A stretch of DNA of 31,762 nt from Nitrosomonas europaea (lineage in GTDB: Bacteria; Pseudomonadota; Gammaproteobacteria; Burkholderiales; Nitrosomonadaceae). The notes below the pieces were generated by a model. The model did not search any database and was not told the origin of the DNA. It worked only from the letters and a program-made list of their open reading frames with translations. Position 1 is the first letter of the stretch; each line of letters begins with the position of its first letter. The DNA lies in NCBI RefSeq assembly GCF_900167395.1, contig NZ_FUWK01000034.1, positions 1-31,762 on the forward strand, in the 5' to 3' direction. This document shows positions 25,401 through 31,762 of this stretch, piece after piece. The position numbers and the translations under genes are program-made.

Positions 25401-28400
25401 ATGGCGCGATTTTTTATCGACCGCCCGGTATTCGCCTGGGTCATCTCATTACTGATCATTCTTGCCGGATTACTCTCCATTCGGGGGCTGCCGGTAGCCC
25501 AATACCCGGATATTGCACCACCTGTGATCAACGTATCGGCCACTTATCCCGGTGCTTCCGCCAGAATTGTCGAAGAATCGGTCACCGCGATTATCGAACG
25601 TGAAATGAATGGCGCGCCGAGATTGATGTATACCTCAGCCACCAGCAGCCCGGGTTCCGCCAACATCAACCTCACATTCAGACAGGGCACGGACCCCGAT
25701 CTGGCTGCCGTGGAAGTACAGAATCGTTTGAAAATGGTGGAAGCACGTTTACCAGAAGTCGTGCGCCGCAACGGTATTTTCATTGAAAAATCCGCTGACA
25801 ACATACAGCTGGTGGTTTCCATTACTTCTAACGATAATCGCTTGACGGAAATCGAGCTGGGAGAACTGGCATCTGCCAATATATTGCAGGCATTGCGCCG
25901 GGTCGAGGGTGTTGGCAAGGTACAGTCGTTCAGTCCGGAATATGCCATGCGTATATGGCCGGATCCAGCAAAAATGACTTCTCTCGATCTGACGGCATCC
26001 GATCTCGCTTCGGCGATACGCAGCCATAATGCCCGTGTGGTCATCGGTTATATCGGTGATAAGGCAGTACCGGAGCACGCACCTATCAGTGCCAATGTCG
26101 CGGCAGACAAAGCACTTGCTACGCCGGAAGATTTCAAGAATATTACGTTACGGACAAAAGCAGATGGGGGTGCCATCCTGCTGCGTGATGTCGCCAGAGT
26201 GGAATATGGCGGAAGCGATTATTCGTTCTTTTCCCGTGTCAATGGCAAGAATGCCGCGGGGATGGCAGTGAAAATGGCACCGGGATCCAACGCTGTGGCT
26301 ACGGTAGAACGTATACGCAATACCATGGATGAACTGTCCAGATATTTCCCGCCAGGGGTCAGCTACCAGATACCTTACGATACTTCAGCGTTTGTCGAAG
26401 TCTCCATCCAGAAAGTAGTGAATACCCTGGTCGAAGCAGTAGTCCTCGTGTTTCTGGTGATGCTCCTGTTCATGCAGAGCATCCGGGTAACGCTCATTCC
26501 CACCCTGGTCGTTCCGATTGCGCTCCTTGGCACCTTTGCGGTCATGTATGGCCTGGGGTTTTCCATCAATGTACTGACCATGTTCGGCATGGTACTGGCG
26601 ATTGGTATCGTCGTGGATGACGCCATCGTCGTGGTGGAAAATGCTGAGCGTATCATCGTCGAAGAAGGTCTGTCTCCCTACGAAGCTACCGTCAAAGCGA
26701 TGCAGCAGATCAGCGGTGCGATTATCGGTATCACGGTCGTTCTGACTTCTGTATTTTTGCCCATGGCGTTTTTCAGCGGTGCAGTCGGCAACATTTACCG
26801 CCAGTTTTCTCTGTCACTGGCGACTTCCATTGCTTTTTCCGCCTTTCTGGCACTTTCATTGACGCCTGCTTTGTGCGCTACCTTGCTCAAACCTGTCGAC
26901 AAAGAACACCATGAAAATAAACGTGGATTCTTTGGCTGGTTCAACCGGACATTCATTTCTCTGACCAATCGGTACCAGCATCGTGTCGGGCAGATACTCA
27001 AACGTCCTGTGCGCTGGCTGGTTGTATACGGCATTATCATTGCTGCTGTAGCCTTGCTGTTCGCCCGTTTGCCGACTGCTTTCCTGCCGGAAGAGGATCA
27101 GGGAGATTTCATGATCATGGTCATGCTGCCACAGGGTGCCACGATGCATGAAACCATGAATACATTGGGTGAAGTGAGCCAGTATCTGCAGGAAAACGAA
27201 CCGGTGAAATATGTTTATGAAGTCGGTGGCTTCAGTTTCTATGGCACGGGCGCCAGCAGCGGCATGATTTTTGCGACATTACAGGACTGGGAAGAACGCA
27301 AACATGCCGATCAGCACGTGCGATCGATTGTCGAGCGTGTCAACATGCATTTTTATGGACGGCCCAATCTGACGGTATTTGCGTTGAATACACCGCCATT
27401 ACCTGAACTGGGCTCATCCAGTGGTTTCGATCTGCGGCTGCAGGATCGCGGCAATGTCGGCTATAAAACGCTGGCCGCTGCCCGCGACCGGCTACTGGCC
27501 GAAGGCGGACAACATCCGGTACTGACCAATCTGATGTTCGCCGGCTTGGCAGAAGCACCGGTCATCAACCTGGATATCAACCGGCGCAAGGCACAAGCGC
27601 TGGGTGTTACGATGGATGAAATCAATGCCACACTCGCTGTCATGTTCGGCTCGGATTATATTGGTGACTTCATGCACGGGAATCAGGTCAGGCGTGTCAT
27701 CGTTCAGGCGGATGGCAAGAACCGTATCGAGCTCGATGATATTCGTAAACTGCGGGTAAGAAATGCTGCGGGTAAGCTGGTGCCGCTGTCATCCTTTGTT
27801 TCACTGGAGTGGGGGATGGGTTTACCGCAACTTACACGCTACAACGGTTTTCCTTCCTTTACCATCAATGGCAATGCTGCTGCCGGCAAAAGCAGCGGGG
27901 AGGCCATGCGAGAAATCGAGCATATCGTAGCCAAGTTGCCGAACGGGATAGGCTTCGACTGGTCAGGCCAGTCGCTGGAAGAACGGCTCTCCGGCGATCA
28001 GGCTCCGTTCCTGTTCGGGCTATCCGTGCTGATCGTATTTCTGGCGCTGGCTGCCCTGTATGAAAGCTGGCTGATTCCACAGGCGGTCATTCTGGTCGTG
28101 CCACTGGGCGTGCTGGGTGCTGTGCTGGGAGTGACGTTACGCGATATGCCGAATGATATCTATTTCAAGGTTGGCCTGATCGCAATGATCGGGCTTTCTG
28201 CGAAGAACGCCATTCTGATCGTCGAAGTGGCAAAAGAACTTTACGACAGTGGTATGAGCCTGATCGATGCAACACTGGAAGCTGCCCGTTTGCGCCTGCG
28301 TCCGATCATCATGACTTCCCTGGCTTTCGGTGCCGGGGTACTGCCTCTGGCGTTGGCAACCGGTGCAGCATCGGGCGCTCAGACCGCAATCGGTACCAGT

Positions 28401-28502
28401 GTATTTGGAGGGAATGTCATGGCGACCGCACTGGCAATATTCCTGGTGCCCCTGTTTTTTGCTGTGATAGGGCGTTATATCAAGCGTTCGCGACACTCAT
28501 AA
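25401..28502 (+). CDS. RND multidrug efflux pump, AcrB/MexB (HAE1) family
   Basis: It is 1033 aa, begins with the canonical MARFFIDRPVFAWVISLLIILAG and has the 12-TM, two-large-loop architecture. Confidence 0.9.
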   Translation: MARFFIDRPVFAWVISLLIILAGLLSIRGLPVAQYPDIAPPVINVSATYPGASARIVEESVTAIIEREMNGAPRLMYTSATSSPGSANINLTFRQGTDPDLAAVEVQNRLKMVEARLPEVVRRNGIFIEKSADNIQLVVSITSNDNRLTEIELGELASANILQALRRVEGVGKVQSFSPEYAMRIWPDPAKMTSLDLTASDLASAIRSHNARVVIGYIGDKAVPEHAPISANVAADKALATPEDFKNITLRTKADGGAILLRDVARVEYGGSDYSFFSRVNGKNAAGMAVKMAPGSNAVATVERIRNTMDELSRYFPPGVSYQIPYDTSAFVEVSIQKVVNTLVEAVVLVFLVMLLFMQSIRVTLIPTLVVPIALLGTFAVMYGLGFSINVLTMFGMVLAIGIVVDDAIVVVENAERIIVEEGLSPYEATVKAMQQISGAIIGITVVLTSVFLPMAFFSGAVGNIYRQFSLSLATSIAFSAFLALSLTPALCATLLKPVDKEHHENKRGFFGWFNRTFISLTNRYQHRVGQILKRPVRWLVVYGIIIAAVALLFARLPTAFLPEEDQGDFMIMVMLPQGATMHETMNTLGEVSQYLQENEPVKYVYEVGGFSFYGTGASSGMIFATLQDWEERKHADQHVRSIVERVNMHFYGRPNLTVFALNTPPLPELGSSSGFDLRLQDRGNVGYKTLAAARDRLLAEGGQHPVLTNLMFAGLAEAPVINLDINRRKAQALGVTMDEINATLAVMFGSDYIGDFMHGNQVRRVIVQADGKNRIELDDIRKLRVRNAAGKLVPLSSFVSLEWGMGLPQLTRYNGFPSFTINGNAAAGKSSGEAMREIEHIVAKLPNGIGFDWSGQSLEERLSGDQAPFLFGLSVLIVFLALAALYESWLIPQAVILVVPLGVLGAVLGVTLRDMPNDIYFKVGLIAMIGLSAKNAILIVEVAKELYDSGMSLIDATLEAARLRLRPIIMTSLAFGAGVLPLALATGAASGAQTAIGTSVFGGNVMATALAIFLVPLFFAVIGRYIKRSRHS

Positions 28503-28517
28503 AAATATCTGTCAGTC

Positions 28518-29930
28518 ATGAAGAATAGTAGCTTTTCCAAACCAGCCACGAAATCGGCTGTTTCAGCACTGGTGTTATTGCTCAGCGGCTGTTCGCTGAT
28601 CCCTGAATACAGCCGGCCGCCAGCACCGCTTCCCGCCAGTTACACCGCTGATGATACGAATGCAATGGATGCTGCGCCCGAAAGCTGGCAACAGTATTTC
28701 ACTGACCCGGTTTTGCAGAACCTGATCAATATCGCGCTGGAACAGAATCGGGATTTGCGCATCGCAGCATTACGTATCGAAGAAGCACGTGCCCAATATG
28801 ATATTCAACGATCGGCGAAATTACCCACAATCGATGCCACTGGCAGCTATGACCGCAGCCGTCTGATTTTTGCGAAGGGAGAAACCTTCGACGTCGATAT
28901 GTATCGTGTCGGTATCGGCATCAGTAATTTTGAAATCGATTTCTTTGGCCGGATAAAAAGTCTTTCTGAAGCGGTACTGGAAGATTACCTGGCTACCCGG
29001 GAAGCTCAGCAGACAGCACGAACGAGTTTGATTGCCGAAGTAGCGGCGGCTTATGTCGATGAGCGTGCTTTATCAGAACGTCAATTACTGGCAGAAAAAA
29101 CGCTGGCTGCACGTGAAGCCAGCTATACCCGCATCAGACGTCGTTTCGATGCGGGTATCGATACGGCTATAGATCTGAAAGCAGCAAAAATGCAGATGGA
29201 AAGCGCACGTGCAAGTGTGTCGGCGCTGGACCGGGAACATACCCGGGCGATCAATACTTTACTGTTATTGATGGGAGATCAATCAGTCACCTTACCTGGC
29301 GGTATTGCTGCACTCGATACACTGGCATTTTCACCGATCCCGGCAGGGCTGCCTTCCGACTTGCTGGAAAGACGTCCGGATATTCGTGCCGCCGAACACA
29401 AACTGAAAGCTGCCAATGCCAATATCGGGGCTGCGCGTGCTGCTTTGTTTCCGCGCCTGCAGTTGACCACCAATATCGGTCTGGTCAATGAGCATTTCAC
29501 CAAGTTGCTCAGTAACGGCATCAATGCCTGGGCATTTACGCCACAAATCATATTTCCGATTTTTACCCATAAGCGTAACCAGGCCAATCTGAATGTCAGC
29601 CGTGCACGTATGGAAATCGCCGTGGCTGAATATGAAAAAGCCATCCAGACTGCCTTCCGGGAAGTCGCCGATACATTGCTGGCAAGAGAGCAGATCGAAA
29701 AACAGATCAATGCTCAGTCCAATGCAACCGATGCAGATCGTGAACGCCTGAAACTGGTAACCCGGCGTTATGAAAAAGGAGTAGCCAATTATCTGGAACT
29801 ACTGGATGCGCAACGCAGCCTGTTTGATTCCGAACAGGCACTCGTCCAGCTCAGGCAGCTTTCTTTATCGAACGCCATCAACCTGTTCAAAGCATTGGGT
29901 GGGGAATGGAGCGGGGCAGGGATTAACTGA
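28518..29930 (+). CDS. Outer-membrane efflux lipoprotein, NodT/OprM family (RND partner)
   Basis: It has a lipobox (LLLSGC/SLIPEY), OMF repeats and a C-terminal LFKALGGEW. Confidence 0.85.
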   Translation: MKNSSFSKPATKSAVSALVLLLSGCSLIPEYSRPPAPLPASYTADDTNAMDAAPESWQQYFTDPVLQNLINIALEQNRDLRIAALRIEEARAQYDIQRSAKLPTIDATGSYDRSRLIFAKGETFDVDMYRVGIGISNFEIDFFGRIKSLSEAVLEDYLATREAQQTARTSLIAEVAAAYVDERALSERQLLAEKTLAAREASYTRIRRRFDAGIDTAIDLKAAKMQMESARASVSALDREHTRAINTLLLLMGDQSVTLPGGIAALDTLAFSPIPAGLPSDLLERRPDIRAAEHKLKAANANIGAARAALFPRLQLTTNIGLVNEHFTKLLSNGINAWAFTPQIIFPIFTHKRNQANLNVSRARMEIAVAEYEKAIQTAFREVADTLLAREQIEKQINAQSNATDADRERLKLVTRRYEKGVANYLELLDAQRSLFDSEQALVQLRQLSLSNAINLFKALGGEWSGAGIN

Positions 29931-30279
29931 TATGGGTAGGTTCAAATCGTTGAATTCTATTCAATGCCCCACGTAAGGAATCGCGGGTAATAGTCATATC
30001 GTAATCGATTTGAAGACCCATCCAGAATTCAGCGGTATTACCAAAATACCGCGCCAGTCTGAGGGCGGTGTCGGTAGTAATTGCACGACGCTCCCGTACG
30101 ATATCGTTGATACGGGTGGCCGGAATTTGCAATGCCAAAGAAAGTGCATGAGGAGTGATTTTTAACGGCATCAGAAATTCTTCGCGCAGAATCTCGCCAG
30201 GGTGAATGGGGTGCAATTTTCCACCTTCAGCCACATCACTGAAATCCATGTTTTCCAACTCTTCGATATGGATAGTCAT
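29923..30279 (-). CDS. higA: HigA-family antitoxin (XRE-type HTH)
   Basis: HPGEILREEFLMPLKITPHALSLALQIPATRINDIVRERRAITTDTALRLARYFGNTAEFWMGLQ is the classic HigA/VapI core. An alternative start lies at 30249. Confidence 0.85.
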   Translation of the reverse strand: MTIHIEELENMDFSDVAEGGKLHPIHPGEILREEFLMPLKITPHALSLALQIPATRINDIVRERRAITTDTALRLARYFGNTAEFWMGLQIDYDMTITRDSLRGALNRIQRFEPTHIS

Positions 30280-30291
30280 AAATATAATTTT

Positions 30292-30573
30292 TCAATGATA
30301 ATCGGTAATCTCGACATCAAATACATCGCCTGCTTCGAATCGGAAACAAATTCGCCATTGATCGTTGATGCGAATGCTCCATTGTTCATTCCGGTTACCA
30401 GACAATTTTTCAAGCCTGTTTCCAGGTGGGATACGCAGTTCCTCAATTGATGAAACACGATGTAACTGCGCCATTTTTCGACGAGCAACCCGGAGAATTT
30501 CTGGTGGCAGTCGCCTGATCTTTTCATTAGCAAATAAAGCAGCTGTTTCTTTCGTGGCGAAAGTTTTGATCAT
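30292..30573 (-). CDS. higB: HigB-family toxin (RelE/ParE superfamily mRNA interferase)
   Basis: MIKTFATKETAALFANEKIRRLPPEI...WSIRINDQWRICFRFEAGDVFDVEITDYH is typical of plasmid-maintenance killer HigB. The toxin gene precedes the antitoxin gene, which is the HigBA order. The track start at 30579 (MFMIK) is also possible. Confidence 0.85.
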   Translation of the reverse strand: MIKTFATKETAALFANEKIRRLPPEILRVARRKMAQLHRVSSIEELRIPPGNRLEKLSGNRNEQWSIRINDQWRICFRFEAGDVFDVEITDYH

Positions 30574-30586
30574 AAACACAATGATA

Positions 30587-30601
30587 TAACGTCAAACGTT
30601 A
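30587..30601. promoter_or_regulatory. Candidate HigA operator
   Basis: A perfect palindrome, TAACGT-caa-ACGTTA, lies 14-28 nt upstream of the higB start. Confidence 0.4.
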
Positions 30602-30770
30602 AACATCAAACGGAATAATTGGCTGTTATATTGACTTGATTAGCCCATTCTTACGTATGAAAATTTTCTGATAGCTTTTTCGATACCGGGGCATTCAGGC
30701 TAATGCCAGCGCGAGCTGCTTCTATACTGAGATGACAGGTAAAGGTGGCGATTATGAGTTATTAAACATA

Positions 30771-30792
30771 CCGGGCTCAGAATAGAGCCCGG
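30771..30792 (-). terminator. Hairpin terminator downstream of the TonB-dependent receptor remnant
   Basis: CCGGGCTC-agaata-GAGCCCGG forms an 8-bp GC-rich stem with A/T-rich flanks on both sides. Confidence 0.55.
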
Positions 30793-30817
30793 ATATTTAA
30801 ATGTTGGAGCTGAAGCA

Positions 30818-31449
30818 CTAAAACATCGTACTGACGGAAAATGCAATGGTTCTCGGTACACCCAAATTATATTGATCTTGCCAGTAATTTTTACCCGTCA
30901 GATTGATGACATTCAGGCGTACGATCAGTGCTTTATCGAGTACCCGGGTGGTATATCGAGCGCCAATATCATACAGGGTATAGCTGGGAATTTTATCTGT
31001 ATTGGCCACATTGGCGTATCTCTCACCAGTATAGTAGATTCCACCGGTCAGATTCAATCCTGGGATCCATGGTAATGCATATTCCGCATAAATCTTCCCC
31101 ATTCTGGAAGCAGCATTGGTTGGTTTTTTGCCTTCGAGAGCAGGGTCATTGGATTTCTCCACACCGATATCCATCAGGGTACCGCCCCCCATGATAGTCA
31201 GATTGTCGGTTACTTTTCCGGTCAGAACCAGCTCTACCCCGTTATGTACTTGCAAGCCGTCCTGGACATAACGTGGGATGGGTGTTGCAAGATCCGAATA
31301 CCGATTAGTTTTTTCGATTCGGAATAGTGCGGTACTTAACAACAAGTTGGGATTGATATCATATTTCAAGCCCACTTCATATTGTTTACTGAGTAACGGA
31401 GAAAGCACTTCTCCACGGTTGGCGTAAGCATTACCTACTATTATGCTAG
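30818..31449 (-). pseudogene. TonB-dependent (siderophore-type) receptor, C-terminal ~210 aa only; 5' part removed by IS insertion
   Basis: The sequence shows C-terminal barrel strands and the terminal ...FSVSTMF aromatic residue. The plug and N-terminal barrel are absent, and the frame runs straight into the IS5-family end at about 31450. Confidence 0.8.
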
Positions 31450-31762
31450 GGCCTGTTAACACTAATTAAATAATCTACGATCAGAGCGAAATGGATGAAG
31501 AATCGGAAAACTGAATCCAACTTGTCAAAGCGAGAGAAGATTCTTCTGAATCTCTTCAGGCGACGAAACAGCCGTTCCACCTCATTACGCTTTTTGTACA
31601 TTTCAACGTCGTACTCCCAGGGTGACACACGATTTGCTTTTGGCGGCACCACTGGAATCATCCCCAGATCAAGTACCAACTGTCGGGTTTCATCCCCTTC
31701 ATACGCTTTATCCATGATCACGTGAGTGTCAGAGAATCCCTTATTCTCCAGGGTTTTCAGCA
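31446..31762 (-). CDS. IS5-family (IS427-group-like) DDE transposase, C-terminal part (5' end outside the window)
   Basis: The frame is open to the window edge (…LKTLENKGFSDTHVIMDKAYEGD…). The motifs DKAYEGD, YKKRNEVERLFRRLKRFRRIFSRFDK are typical of IS5-family transposases. Confidence 0.75.
   Translation of the reverse strand, partial: LKTLENKGFSDTHVIMDKAYEGDETRQLVLDLGMIPVVPPKANRVSPWEYDVEMYKKRNEVERLFRRLKRFRRIFSRFDKLDSVFRFFIHFALIVDYLISVNRP
31450..31762 (-). mobile_element. End of an IS5-family insertion sequence; the element continues beyond the right window edge
   Basis: The putative terminal repeat GGCCTGTTAACAC begins next to a CTAG tetranucleotide (31446-31449), a typical IS5-family target. 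The transposase stop codon (TAG) is formed by that CTAG. Confidence 0.6.

Noticed and set aside
1-31762. A composite transposon formed by the two flanking IS elements
   Set aside because: The two ends belong to different IS families (IS982 versus IS5), so they cannot act as a matched pair. They are better read as independent insertions that each truncated a neighbouring gene.
1-31762. CRISPR arrays, tRNA/rRNA genes, integron or phage-type integrase features
   Set aside because: Reading the intergenic regions revealed no regularly spaced direct repeats, cloverleaf-like sequences or integrase ORFs. This was not an exhaustive computational scan.

Overview
This 31.8 kb proteobacterial chromosomal window has mid-range GC and is bounded by two unrelated insertion sequences. 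A Nitrosomonas-like betaproteobacterium is only a guess. An IS982-family end lies at the left edge and an IS5-family end at the right edge, and each has cut off a neighbouring gene. I found no rRNA, tRNA or CRISPR array.

Layout, left to right:
(1) 314-12000, minus strand: eight co-directional, tightly spaced genes. These are a sigma54-dependent PEP-CTERM-box response regulator (PrsR), an exosortase-type AMP-forming ligase, a PLP decarboxylase, an AsnB-like amidotransferase and a LuxI-like (PEP-CTERM-associated) acyltransferase. They are followed by a small periplasmic PBP-like protein, an outer-membrane beta-barrel and a membrane sensor GGDEF-EAL protein whose EAL domain is cut by the IS982 element.
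(2) 12245-14626: a penicillin/AHL-acylase family Ntn hydrolase.
(3) 14627-15072: a 446-bp AT-rich divergent promoter region containing an inverted pair of DnaA boxes.
(4) 15073-16836: a UDG-family glycosylase and three small stress-type genes. One of these, a 55-aa DUF1328 protein, is missing from the ORF track.
(5) 16984-29930: an efflux supercluster. It consists of TetR-OMF-YhiI(HlyD)-RbbA-YhhJ on the minus strand, divergent from an RND MFP-pump-OMF operon on the plus strand, with palindromic operators between them.
(6) 29923-31762: a HigBA toxin-antitoxin pair and a TonB-dependent receptor remnant truncated by the IS5-family element.

The most interesting candidate system is the stand-alone exosortase-type small-molecule cassette. 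No exosortase, PrsK kinase or PEP-CTERM substrate is present in the window. The cassette is fused transcriptionally to a three-part envelope c-di-GMP module, flanked by an N-acyl-amide hydrolase, and carries a structured leader that can sequester the acyltransferase start codon. All family assignments come from reading the translations by eye; no database search was run.
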